Origin: Bacteroides sp. 51
GTDB taxonomy: Bacteria > Bacteroidota > Bacteroidia > Bacteroidales > Bacteroidaceae
Length of the DNA stretch: 64,000 nucleotides
Direction of reading: 5' to 3'
Assembly: GCF_010500965.1 (NCBI RefSeq)
Contig: NZ_QVMI01000006.1
Coordinates: 31,976 to 95,975 of the forward strand
Shown here: positions 28,467 through 38,706 of the stretch, one piece after another
Layout: the number at the start of each line of letters is the position of its first letter
Numbering within the stretch: position 1 is the first letter of the stretch
Program-made: the position numbers and the translations under genes
Notes under the pieces: model-generated
Told to the model about the DNA's origin: nothing
The model's database searches: none
Seen by the model: only the letters and a program-made list of their open reading frames with translations

Positions 28467-30755
28467 ATGGTTATTCAAGATTCTTTTGCCCCTGATATGC
28501 GGGCGTTGAAAACGATAGAACTAAACACAGATTTGGTTGTCGTAGGAGGAGGCATGGCCGGTGTATGTACAGCGATAACGGCTGCACGTGCGGGGATAGA
28601 TGTCGTGTTGATACAGGATAGACCTGTGTTGGGTGGCAATGCTTCGAGCGAAGTACGATTGTGGATACTTGGTGCCACATCGCATATGGGCAACAATAAC
28701 CGTTGGTCGCGCGAAGGTGGCGTAATCGATGAAATCCTGGTCGAAAACATGTACCGTAATAAAGAAGGGAATCCGGTTATCTTCGATACCATCCTGCTCG
28801 ATATGATCCATGCCGAACCACGCATTACCATGTTGTTGAACACGGCTGTATATGATGTGAGCAAATCAGAGCATGATGTTATTCAGAAAGTGATGAGCTT
28901 CTGTAGCCAGGACCAGACCTTCTATGAAGTATCAGGGAAATTATTCTGTGATGCTTCCGGAGACGGTGTGATTGCCTATCTGGCTGGTGCAGCTTATAGA
29001 GTAGGAGCGGAGAACTCGGAAGAATACAGTGAAAAGTTTGCCCCCGATCCTGCGATCTATGGCGAATTGCTCGGTCACTCCATCTACTTTTATAGTAAAG
29101 ATACAGGTGCCCCGGTGAAATACACTCCTCCGGCATTTGCCCTTAAGAATATAAAAGACGTTATTCCACGTTATCACAATATCAATGCTGCCGAACACGG
29201 ATGTAAATTCTGGTGGCTCGAATATGGCGGACGCATGGATACCATCCATGATACGGAGCAGATTAAATGGCAGCTTTGGAGCGTCGTTTACGGTATCTGG
29301 GATCATATAAAAAATTCCGGCGAATACAACGATGTAGAAAACCTGACCCTGGAATGGGTAGGCATCATTCCCGGCAAACGCGAAAGCCGCCGATTCACCG
29401 GACTTTATACCCTTGTACAACAGGATGTGATCGAACAACGCCATTTTGATGATGCCGTAGCATTCGGCGGATGGGCCATCGACCTTCATCCGGCAGATGG
29501 TGTATTCAGTACCATGTCAGGTTGTACGCAATATCACTCCAAAGGAGTATACCAGATTCCTTACCGCTGTTTCGTTAGCCGGGATGTGCGTAACGTGTAT
29601 TATGCCGGACGGAATATCAGTGCTTCGCACGTAGCTTACGGTTCATCCCGTGTGATGGCTACCGCAGCACTTGGCGGACAGGCGGTAGGTATGGCGGCTG
29701 CACAATGTATTAAGGAAGGCATATCTCCTGCCGATATTCTTGAGACTGCAAACATGCAACGCCTGCAACAATCCCTTGATCTTATCGGGCAGAGCATTCC
29801 TTGCACTACCATGCCTGTAAAGGAAAACCTAGCATCCACTGCAAAAGTTACGGCCTCCAGCGTATTGGATATGAAGCTAATCCCTTTTGATGGCGGATGG
29901 TATAATCTGAATATAGCCGTGGCGCAGATGTTGCCGTTAAAAGCCGGACAATCCTATAACTTACTAATCGAAGCGCATACCTTGTGTGATACAGTACTCG
30001 ATGTTGAACTCCGTTACTCCTCAAAAGCATACAACTATACGCCGGATTGTACGGCGGAGAAACAGGCAATCACCCTTAAAAAAGGAATGCAACAGGTACT
30101 TATTCAATTCTCTAACGGATTGCCTGCCGATCAATATGGTTTTGTCACTTTCCATAGCAATGAAAACATAAAGCTGCGCGTAAGCGAAAAGCGGTTTACC
30201 GGAATACTATCTGTCTATAATAAAATCAATAAAGATGTAAATAACTACGGTAAACAGACCCCACCGGCCGATAGCGGCATTGAGGAATTTGAATTCTGGT
30301 GTCCTGAACGCCGTCCGAACGGGCATAATATCGCGATGGAAATAACGCCATCACTTGATTGTTACCATGTGGAAAACATTATGAATGGGCTTGTTCGTCC
30401 TACCACAGGGACAAATGCCTGGGTAGCCTCTCCCGATGATTCTTGCCCTGCCATTACATTAAACTGGGAGAAAGAACAAAATATAAACGAAATAATACTA
30501 TATTTCGATACGGATTATGACCATGCTATGGAGTCTGTACAAATGGGTCATCCTGAAAGTGTTATCCCATTCTGTGTGCGCGATTACCGGATACTGAATG
30601 AAAAAGGAGAAGTTCTTTTTGAGAAAACAGACAACTATCAAACAATAAACCGGATTAGTTTTGATCAACCCGTACAGGCTTCATTGCTTCGGATAGAGCT
30701 TAAACATCCTTCGGATATCGTGTCGGCTAATCTATTCCAGTTGTTCATACAATAA
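28467..30755 (+). CDS. FAD-dependent oxidoreductase (FAD_oxidored family, PUL-associated)
   Basis: N-terminal dinucleotide-binding motif VVVGGGMAGVCTAITAA ... DRPVLGGNASSE. Confidence 0.7.
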   Translation: MVIQDSFAPDMRALKTIELNTDLVVVGGGMAGVCTAITAARAGIDVVLIQDRPVLGGNASSEVRLWILGATSHMGNNNRWSREGGVIDEILVENMYRNKEGNPVIFDTILLDMIHAEPRITMLLNTAVYDVSKSEHDVIQKVMSFCSQDQTFYEVSGKLFCDASGDGVIAYLAGAAYRVGAENSEEYSEKFAPDPAIYGELLGHSIYFYSKDTGAPVKYTPPAFALKNIKDVIPRYHNINAAEHGCKFWWLEYGGRMDTIHDTEQIKWQLWSVVYGIWDHIKNSGEYNDVENLTLEWVGIIPGKRESRRFTGLYTLVQQDVIEQRHFDDAVAFGGWAIDLHPADGVFSTMSGCTQYHSKGVYQIPYRCFVSRDVRNVYYAGRNISASHVAYGSSRVMATAALGGQAVGMAAAQCIKEGISPADILETANMQRLQQSLDLIGQSIPCTTMPVKENLASTAKVTASSVLDMKLIPFDGGWYNLNIAVAQMLPLKAGQSYNLLIEAHTLCDTVLDVELRYSSKAYNYTPDCTAEKQAITLKKGMQQVLIQFSNGLPADQYGFVTFHSNENIKLRVSEKRFTGILSVYNKINKDVNNYGKQTPPADSGIEEFEFWCPERRPNGHNIAMEITPSLDCYHVENIMNGLVRPTTGTNAWVASPDDSCPAITLNWEKEQNINEIILYFDTDYDHAMESVQMGHPESVIPFCVRDYRILNEKGEVLFEKTDNYQTINRISFDQPVQASLLRIELKHPSDIVSANLFQLFIQ

Positions 30756-30767
30756 ATATCTATCACT

Positions 30768-32678
30768 ATGAAAAACAAAATAAATACGTGGATGCTGTGT
30801 GTTGTTGCGGTACTCTGCCTTGTTTTGGTGTTTATGCAAACGTCATGTGCCGGTGCGGAAAAGAGCATATTATCTCCCAACCGGAATATCCGTGCACAGT
30901 TGACTGCTTCTGATGGACAGCTTTTCTATACCGTCTCTTTTATGGGCGAACAGGTAATAGCCCGTTCGCCACTGGGCATCATTATAGATCAGGATACGCT
31001 TGGAATGAACTCAATGTTGGGTGCAATGGCCGAAGAGAGTATTAATGAGCGGTATATTACCCGTGGTTTTCATACCGAAGCCATTGATCATTGTAACCAG
31101 TATACATATAATATAACTTCCAACGACTCTCAATTTAAAATCCAGTTCAGACTTTATGACGATGGAGTGGCATTCAGATATATCGTACCTAAAGCATATG
31201 AAGGGCAATTGCGTACTGTAAACACTGAACTGACCTCTTTTCAGGTGCCTTCCAACAAACCTGTATGGTTCTTTGAGCGTCCAAGCGATTGGAAGCTGAA
31301 AACCTATGCCGGCGAATGGACGAAAACTCTATCCGATAGCCTCTATTGTATCTCTCCTAATGGACCCGTGCAAGGTTCAATCCTATTATATGAACTAGGC
31401 AATGAACACTATATGGGTATCACCGAAGCTGCCCTATACAATTATAGCGGTATGCGATTGGAAGCCAAAAGCGACTTGTCGTTACAGGCAAACTTTACGG
31501 AAAAAGAAGGGTTTAAGGTAGAGAATGATATCACCACGCCGTGGAGAGTTATTATCCTTGCCGATGGACTTAACTCTCTGGTGAATACGGATATCATAAC
31601 CAACCTCAACCCGGCTCCCGATCCAAAGTTATTTGCTGATACCGAATGGATTAAACCCGGCCGAAGCGTTTGGAGCTGGTGGACCGAACATGATGGATAT
31701 ATGACCCCCGGCTACGAGAAGCAATTCATTGATATGGCTGCCGAATTGGGTTATGAATACACCACTATCGACGAAGGGTGGGAGCGTGTATGGACCAACA
31801 AATGGGCGCAACTTAAAGAAATGTGCGATTATGCCCGGACAAAGAACGTAGGTATTTTCGTATGGAAACGTTCCGGAACCTTTTCCGATCCGGTGGATGA
31901 TTACGCCACAATGGCTCACTTCCTGGATAGCGTTGCCGCATGTGGCGCAGTTGGCCTGAAGATAGATTTTATGGATAGCGAAAGCAAAAAGACCATCGAC
32001 TTTGATATACGTGCCCTTCAATTATGTGCAGAGCGTCACTTGATGGTTAACTTCCACGGATGCCAGAAACCATCCGGTGAGATCCGTACTTATCCCAATG
32101 AAATAACACGCGAAGGAATCCGGGGGCTGGAATTGAATAAGATGAAGCAACCTATTCCGCCGGCTCATAACGTGGCGCTTGTTTTTACTCGCGGAATCCT
32201 GAATAACAGCGATTATACCCCTGTTGGTTTTTCCAATCCGGGCAATACCACATGGGCGCATCAGTTGGCTACGGCTTATGCTTTCACTTCACCGCTTCTG
32301 ACTGTGGCCGAGCATCCGTCTATGTTGCTGAATGATGCGCGTTTGGCTAATGTATTATCATTTATAAAAGAAATACCTGCTACATGGGATGAAACAAAAG
32401 TATTGCCGGGTAGCTCTATAGGTGGTACGGCAATTCTGGCACGTCGTAAAGGAAATGATTGGTATGTGGTTGCCTTGAATGGCGATACACCTAAGAGTAT
32501 GTCTATACCAACCGATTTCCTGCCGTCGGGCAACTGGATTGTTTCATCGGTTGGAGATTCGGCAGAACCATCCGAAGGCTTTGTTCATGGCTCATACGAT
32601 ATGCCTGCTGATGGTATGCCTTTGATTTGCTATTTAGCAGCCGGTGGAGGCTTTGTTGCCAAGTGCACTTTGAAGTAA
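30768..32678 (+). CDS. Glycoside hydrolase family 97 (alpha-glucosidase / alpha-galactosidase type)
   Basis: N-terminal SPNRNIRAQLTASDGQLFYTVSFMGEQVIARSPLGI resembles the GH97 N-domain. Also EWIKPGRSVWSWW and the TIDEGWE catalytic-region motif. Confidence 0.75.
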   Translation: MKNKINTWMLCVVAVLCLVLVFMQTSCAGAEKSILSPNRNIRAQLTASDGQLFYTVSFMGEQVIARSPLGIIIDQDTLGMNSMLGAMAEESINERYITRGFHTEAIDHCNQYTYNITSNDSQFKIQFRLYDDGVAFRYIVPKAYEGQLRTVNTELTSFQVPSNKPVWFFERPSDWKLKTYAGEWTKTLSDSLYCISPNGPVQGSILLYELGNEHYMGITEAALYNYSGMRLEAKSDLSLQANFTEKEGFKVENDITTPWRVIILADGLNSLVNTDIITNLNPAPDPKLFADTEWIKPGRSVWSWWTEHDGYMTPGYEKQFIDMAAELGYEYTTIDEGWERVWTNKWAQLKEMCDYARTKNVGIFVWKRSGTFSDPVDDYATMAHFLDSVAACGAVGLKIDFMDSESKKTIDFDIRALQLCAERHLMVNFHGCQKPSGEIRTYPNEITREGIRGLELNKMKQPIPPAHNVALVFTRGILNNSDYTPVGFSNPGNTTWAHQLATAYAFTSPLLTVAEHPSMLLNDARLANVLSFIKEIPATWDETKVLPGSSIGGTAILARRKGNDWYVVALNGDTPKSMSIPTDFLPSGNWIVSSVGDSAEPSEGFVHGSYDMPADGMPLICYLAAGGGFVAKCTLK

Positions 32679-32788
32679 ATAGAGGCAATGTAAACGTTTA
32701 CGTAAATAAGCGAAAATTTGATTGATTATGGGTATTAACTCCCCTATCTTTGTTTATATCAATTAGCTAAACTCTATACATTTAATAC

Positions 32789-35332
32789 ATGAAACAACAC
32801 TTCAAATCAACCGCGCTTCTGGCATATTCTTTATTCATAGCGATATGCTCTTTTGCACAAGATATTTCCCTGAATGGCAAGTGGAAGTTCAGAACTGATT
32901 ATAATAATATGGGATATTCCGAACAATGGTTTTCCCCGTCGGCCTCTACTGCCGGATGGGATACGATGGATGTACCCGGATGTTGGAACACCCGCCGCGA
33001 ATATTCCCAGTATACTGGTGTCGCTTGGTATCAAACTCAATTCAATTATAATGAAAACTTGAATGGCGATGATCTTATCCTCTTCTTTGAAGCGGTTTAC
33101 AGCGATGCCGAAGTTTGGTTCAACGGAACAAAGCTAGGTTCGCACGATTTCGGATTCACTTCCTTTGAGTTTGATGTAACTCAACTCATTAAGCAGGGAG
33201 TAAGCAATACGATTACTCTAAGAGTTGATAATACGTTCAAACTGGGAGCTACCTGGAACTGGGGTGGTATAAGACGTCCCGTAACCCTGCGCAGACTTCC
33301 CGCCCAACGAATTGAGGACTTGGTGGTTACAACCAACATCGACTTAAAGAAACGTAGTGCGCAAATAAATGTACTTACCGAATTGCACCAGGTTGCCGAT
33401 GGCGCTACCCTTATTCTCGAAATAAAAGATGCATCCAAACGTACCGTAGCTACTGCTAAAAAGAAAGTAGCGAATGGTGTGAAAGAACAACCTTTTTCCT
33501 GTAACCTGAATAAGGTAAACCTTTGGGGATTCGATACGCCATACCTATATACTGCCGAAGTTTCTCTGGAAGAAAAAGGTAAAACCATCCATAGCGCCTC
33601 TACTCGTTTCGGTGTGCGCAAAGTTGAAATAGATGGTTACAAGCTACTCCTCAACGGTGAAAGCGTTCGGTTGAACGGCGCCAACTATGTACCCGAAGAC
33701 CGTTTTACCGGTAGCACTCTTCCCGAAGAAGTCTTCCGTAAGGATATAGACCTGATGAAAGAATGCGGAGTCAATATGGCCCGCCTTAGCCACCTCGGTT
33801 TGCCGAAAGAAGTACTCGATTACATCGACGAAAAAGGGATGCTTATCTTTGAAGAAATTCCTTTGTGGAACAGAAATAAACTACTCGAAGCCGATCATCC
33901 CGTACCGATGCGCTGGCTTACCGAGCTTATCACCCAACGCCGCAACCACCCATGTATCATTGGTTGGAGTGCAGGTAACGAGATTGGCCGTTTCAGCGAC
34001 AATCCGCATATTACCGAATACCTGGTGTCGGCGTTCAAACATATACGTAGCCTTGATCCTACCCGATTGGCTGTATATGTAACCCATACTGCTGCAAGAC
34101 AGGATAACGAACCTGCGGAACTTTCGGACATCATCATGCTTAACCAGTATGGGGGTCCGGGATTCCACGGGGAAAGAGCTGCGATTGCTCACCGTTTCTA
34201 TCCTTCCAAACCGATATTCTACTGTGAATACGGGCATAAAATCAATAGTGACGATTTGAATAACAACATTGCAGATTTTGCCGGAATGGTTGAAGGCATG
34301 CGCGGGTATGAATACCTGATCGGTGCATCCGTATGGACATTCAATGATTATCGTAGCAATTACAGAGACAATGCCACGGCTGCTACGCAGAACCGTCCGT
34401 GGGGTGTGGTCGATGTCTTCCGTCACAAAAAAAGAGGGTACACACTGTTGCAGCGCGAGAACTCTCCTGTAAAGAACCTGGAGTTAAATGTAAGTACCGG
34501 AAACGATTCCGGTGCCATCGAAGGAACGATCATCCTGACTCCAAGAGAAACACTGGATCTTCCCGCCTTTAATCTGAGAGGATATAACTTAGCGTTTACC
34601 GCGCAAGATATCAACGGTAATACATTGTCGGAACAGTCTGTTTCTTTACCCGAGATCAAAGTCGGAAGCGATGCGCGTAACTTCAACTTTAAACTTGAAG
34701 GAAAAGATATAGCCTGGATTACCGCAGAACTTGTAACTCCTACAGGCTATACGGTAGACTTGCGCCGGGAGGAACTCGTAAAACCTGCCGCACCTGTTAT
34801 CTCGCATGTTGAGGCCGCACAATATAGTATAAGAATTCATTTTGATAAAGCGCCGTCGGCCACACAGTGGTATGCAAGATATGGCATTGGACAGTTAGAC
34901 CAGCAAACACCGCTTACCATCAATGATTATATCCAGTTCGGTGGTATATATGAAGGCCACCCCGGGAGCCTTGCATATAATACAACCTATTCCGTACAAC
35001 TGGTAGCCGTTAATGATTGTGGAGAAACCGTCTCGGAACAAACCGCCCAGATCAAAACACTGGCTGCCGAATTGCCGCCTGTGATAAACTACTTACGACA
35101 ATACAAAGATGAGATACATGTCGGATATCTTTCGGAGAACGCGGATTTCATTTATGAATTCGAATACGGAACCGATCCGCAGAACCTGTCCGAATACATA
35201 CTCACCACCGAAACCGGAGCCTGTACGCTACCGGCGGTAAAAGGGGAGGCGCCTTATTATCTCCGGGTAAAGAAACGTATCAATTACGGATACGAAAGCC
35301 AATGGAGCAAACTCTATAAAGTAAAACTATAA
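32789..35332 (+). CDS. Glycoside hydrolase family 2 with C-terminal Ig/FN3-like domains
   Basis: GH2 sugar-binding N-domain (NGKWKFRTD...WYQTQF), an Ig-like domain and a TIM-barrel region (GWSAGNE acid/base segment). Confidence 0.75.
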   Translation: MKQHFKSTALLAYSLFIAICSFAQDISLNGKWKFRTDYNNMGYSEQWFSPSASTAGWDTMDVPGCWNTRREYSQYTGVAWYQTQFNYNENLNGDDLILFFEAVYSDAEVWFNGTKLGSHDFGFTSFEFDVTQLIKQGVSNTITLRVDNTFKLGATWNWGGIRRPVTLRRLPAQRIEDLVVTTNIDLKKRSAQINVLTELHQVADGATLILEIKDASKRTVATAKKKVANGVKEQPFSCNLNKVNLWGFDTPYLYTAEVSLEEKGKTIHSASTRFGVRKVEIDGYKLLLNGESVRLNGANYVPEDRFTGSTLPEEVFRKDIDLMKECGVNMARLSHLGLPKEVLDYIDEKGMLIFEEIPLWNRNKLLEADHPVPMRWLTELITQRRNHPCIIGWSAGNEIGRFSDNPHITEYLVSAFKHIRSLDPTRLAVYVTHTAARQDNEPAELSDIIMLNQYGGPGFHGERAAIAHRFYPSKPIFYCEYGHKINSDDLNNNIADFAGMVEGMRGYEYLIGASVWTFNDYRSNYRDNATAATQNRPWGVVDVFRHKKRGYTLLQRENSPVKNLELNVSTGNDSGAIEGTIILTPRETLDLPAFNLRGYNLAFTAQDINGNTLSEQSVSLPEIKVGSDARNFNFKLEGKDIAWITAELVTPTGYTVDLRREELVKPAAPVISHVEAAQYSIRIHFDKAPSATQWYARYGIGQLDQQTPLTINDYIQFGGIYEGHPGSLAYNTTYSVQLVAVNDCGETVSEQTAQIKTLAAELPPVINYLRQYKDEIHVGYLSENADFIYEFEYGTDPQNLSEYILTTETGACTLPAVKGEAPYYLRVKKRINYGYESQWSKLYKVKL

Positions 35333-35344
35333 AATAATAAATGA

Positions 35345-35472
35345 TTATCTGCAATCCTCCCCCTGCCCCCTCCAAAGGGGGATACCTTGCGGAACCAACA
35401 GTCAGTGAAGCTAAACGCTTTGTAGCGCAGCCTATCCCCCTTTGGAGGGGGTAGGGGGAGGACTGTAGATAA
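35345..35472. repeat. Long imperfect inverted repeat with 40-nt arms, C-rich/TTTGGAG/G-rich core, between GH2 and SusC
   Basis: TTATCTGCAATCCTCCCCCTGCCCCCTCCAAAGGGGGATA ... TATCCCCCTTTGGAGGGGGTAGGGGGAGGACTGTAGATAA, three mismatches. Confidence 0.75.
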
Positions 35473-35605
35473 TTTAAAAGTAATATTCAAAATTCATAAT
35501 TTAAAACCTATGTCCGCTTTTGGATAGGATGGAGAGCTAGCCCTGTCTCATCCCTGAACGGACTATATAGTATAGAACTGATGTCTAATCTGAATTTAAT
35601 AACAA

Positions 35606-38600
35606 ATGAGAAATAAGATTATTATACTAATGCTATGTTTCATAGCCTTACCAGTGATATCTCATGCACAAGGAGTGGGTAGAGATATAAGCGGTACAGT
35701 GAAAGATGAGGAAGGTTTGCCGTTGTCGGGTACAACCGTCCACATTAAGAACGCAAGTATCGGCGCTATAACCGATATGGATGGTAATTTCTCCATCAAG
35801 GCATCTAATAAAGATATCCTGATCTTTACCTTTATGGGGTATCAGACACAGGAGATACCGGTAGGAAATAAGAACAATTTTGTTGTGGATATGGTGCCCG
35901 ATAACCAGATGTTGAGCGAAGTAGTTGTAGTGGGTTACGGCCAGCAAAAGAAAGTCAACCTCACCGGAGCCGTTGCATCTGTCGACCTTAACGATGTGGA
36001 CGGAAGAGCACTGGTTAGCGCCGAACAAGCCTTGCAAGGTAAAGTTCCGGGGATAAACATTGTACAGAACTCCGGTCGCCCGGGCGATGATGGTGCCTCT
36101 ATTCGAATCAGAGGGGTATCGTCTATCGATAATAACAACGACCCATTGGTTATTATTGACGGTGTGGAAGGAAATATCGGCGATGTAAGTCCCGGTGATA
36201 TCGCTTCCGTTTCCGTACTGAAAGATGCGGCTTCGGCTTCTATCTATGGTTCGCGTGCTTCGGCCGGTGTAATCATCATCGAAACAAAGAAAGGAACAAC
36301 GGGTAAAGGATTGCAGATTGAATACAATGCAACCGGATCGATCACCCAGGCCACCCGCTTGCCAAAAACGGTAGACTCTTATACCTATGCTACACTGTTG
36401 AATGAAGCGCGTGCAAACGTAGCTTTGCCACCAACTTATAATGAAGAACAACTGGAATACTTCAAGAATCAGACTAGCCTGGCTTACCCAAGTACCAATT
36501 GGTATGATCAGTATTTCAAGGATGGATACATGCAAAACCACAACTTGAGCCTTAGGGGTGGAGAGCAAAGATACAGATATTCGGCATCCGTTACCTACCG
36601 CGATCAGGAAGGTATCCTTATCGGAACCTCTGCCGACCGCTTGTCTTTCAATACCAATCTGAGCGGAAATGCATACAAAAACCGTTTGCGCTTCAGTCTG
36701 GGTGTGTCCGGATATAATGAAAAGAACAAAGAACTGACATCGCCTACCAACTCGGTTATGGCAGAGATAGCAGGTTATTTACCCACTATATTTATACGGG
36801 GTACCGACCCTCTGACAGGCGAAGAAGACCTTTACAGTTACAATGCCCGTTTCATTGCCGCCAAGGAACTGGGTGGAGGAACAAACCGTAAAATGACCAA
36901 CCTCAACCTGAAAGGAAGCATAGAGGTTGAACCGATTAAGAATCTGGTAGGAAAAGTAATGTTGAGCAACAATGTATATAAGACGGATTATGTGAATTTC
37001 TCGCCGGAGTTTTATACCGCCGGTAGTTACGAGCAGGCTACCATCAGTAAGCGTGAGTCATTGCTTGAAAAGAAGTTTGTAAACAGCGAATACAACACCT
37101 TGTTTACTTCGCTAAGCTACAGTATTGATTGGAATAAGCATAAAGCAAGCGTTTTACTTGCCCACGAGCGGTTGGAAACCATCTACAAGTACGACCAGGG
37201 CAATGTAAAAGACCTTTCGACTAATGCTCCGATCTTTAATTTCGGCGACCCGAATACGGCATCTCTGCTTTCCAATGCCTGGGAAACGGCTACACTGTCT
37301 TATTTCGGACGTTTGAACTACTCTTATGCCGATAAATATTTGTTGGAAGTGAATATGAGACGGGATGGTTCGTCGCGTTTCTCGGAGGATAACCGCTGGG
37401 GTAACTTCCCTTCCGTGTCTGCCGGTTGGCGCATCACACAAGAGCCGTTTATGAAGAACATCAAGAAGTTTATGGAACTTAAAGTGCGTGGTTCATGGGG
37501 TAAGCTGGGCAACCAGAATATTGAATCGAAATATGCTTTTGCCGATGTAATGAGTGGTTCGGAGTATTATGCTTTCGGAAACAAAGTGGTACCGGGCCGT
37601 GGAACGACTACACTGGCCAATAGAAACACCCGTTGGGAAACCTCTCAGCAGCTCGACTTTGGTTTTGACGCTGTATTGTGGAACAGATTGAACATTACCG
37701 TTGATTATTTCCGCAAAGAAACGAATGATATCCTGGCACGCGTAACCATTCCACCTTCACTCGGTGCTACCACACAGCCATATCAGAATGTAGGTGACAT
37801 GGTAAATAAAGGTGTCGAATTGAGCGTTTCCTATAAATCGAAGTACAAACCCGATGGGTTCAACTACGAAGTGGGTTTCAACTGTAGCTATATCACCAAT
37901 GAACTGACCAACCTTGGACCGCTTGATTTTATTGACCACTCCTCGTCTATGCGTAGTGCCGTGGGACAACCGTTCTCGTCTTATTACGGGTATAAGGTAG
38001 AGGGTATTTATCAGGTTTCCGATTTTACATGGCAGAATAACAGTGATGCTTCCATTGCACATGCCGACCGCCAGTATAAACTGAAAGAGGGTCTGCCCGA
38101 TCCATCGGGTATCATGACCAATCCGGCACCCGGAGATATTAAGATAAAGAATGTAAATGATACGGACGATGTGATTAACTCGGATGATAAAACCTTTATC
38201 GGAAATCCGATGCCTAAATTCCAGTATGCCATCAATGTGAACTTAAGCTATAAGAATTTCGGTTTGGGCATTATCGGTCAGGGTGTGGGGCATACGGATG
38301 CGTACATGAACGGTAACCTGATTGCGCCATTCTATAACACAAACGGTCCTATCCGTAAGAATATGGTAGAAGATCGCTGGACGTTTGACAATCCGTCTAC
38401 CAAGTACCACCGGATATATTCAGACAAAGGCCGCGACGCTTTGGTGACCAGTTACAATATTTACAATGCGGCTTACTTCCGCTTGAAGAGCGTTCAGCTT
38501 TCTTATACGGTGGATAAGAAATTAACCGAGAAAGTAGGTATCAACCGCTGCCGTGTATTCCTGACGGGCGAGAACTTATTGCTGCTCACCAACTTCGTCG

Positions 38601-38695
38601 AAGGTTTTGACCCAGAGAGAAAGTATAATGCGGTTTCTGCGGCATTCCATCCACAAGTGGCAACCTATTCGGTAGGTGTCAATATTAACTTCTAA
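35606..38695 (+). CDS. SusC/RagA-family TonB-dependent outer-membrane transporter
   Basis: Signal peptide, carboxypeptidase-regulatory-like domain, TonB plug, and a beta-barrel ending in the aromatic residue F. Confidence 0.9.
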   Translation: MRNKIIILMLCFIALPVISHAQGVGRDISGTVKDEEGLPLSGTTVHIKNASIGAITDMDGNFSIKASNKDILIFTFMGYQTQEIPVGNKNNFVVDMVPDNQMLSEVVVVGYGQQKKVNLTGAVASVDLNDVDGRALVSAEQALQGKVPGINIVQNSGRPGDDGASIRIRGVSSIDNNNDPLVIIDGVEGNIGDVSPGDIASVSVLKDAASASIYGSRASAGVIIIETKKGTTGKGLQIEYNATGSITQATRLPKTVDSYTYATLLNEARANVALPPTYNEEQLEYFKNQTSLAYPSTNWYDQYFKDGYMQNHNLSLRGGEQRYRYSASVTYRDQEGILIGTSADRLSFNTNLSGNAYKNRLRFSLGVSGYNEKNKELTSPTNSVMAEIAGYLPTIFIRGTDPLTGEEDLYSYNARFIAAKELGGGTNRKMTNLNLKGSIEVEPIKNLVGKVMLSNNVYKTDYVNFSPEFYTAGSYEQATISKRESLLEKKFVNSEYNTLFTSLSYSIDWNKHKASVLLAHERLETIYKYDQGNVKDLSTNAPIFNFGDPNTASLLSNAWETATLSYFGRLNYSYADKYLLEVNMRRDGSSRFSEDNRWGNFPSVSAGWRITQEPFMKNIKKFMELKVRGSWGKLGNQNIESKYAFADVMSGSEYYAFGNKVVPGRGTTTLANRNTRWETSQQLDFGFDAVLWNRLNITVDYFRKETNDILARVTIPPSLGATTQPYQNVGDMVNKGVELSVSYKSKYKPDGFNYEVGFNCSYITNELTNLGPLDFIDHSSSMRSAVGQPFSSYYGYKVEGIYQVSDFTWQNNSDASIAHADRQYKLKEGLPDPSGIMTNPAPGDIKIKNVNDTDDVINSDDKTFIGNPMPKFQYAINVNLSYKNFGLGIIGQGVGHTDAYMNGNLIAPFYNTNGPIRKNMVEDRWTFDNPSTKYHRIYSDKGRDALVTSYNIYNAAYFRLKSVQLSYTVDKKLTEKVGINRCRVFLTGENLLLLTNFVEGFDPERKYNAVSAAFHPQVATYSVGVNINF

Positions 38696-38706
38696 AAGTA
38701 AAGGTT

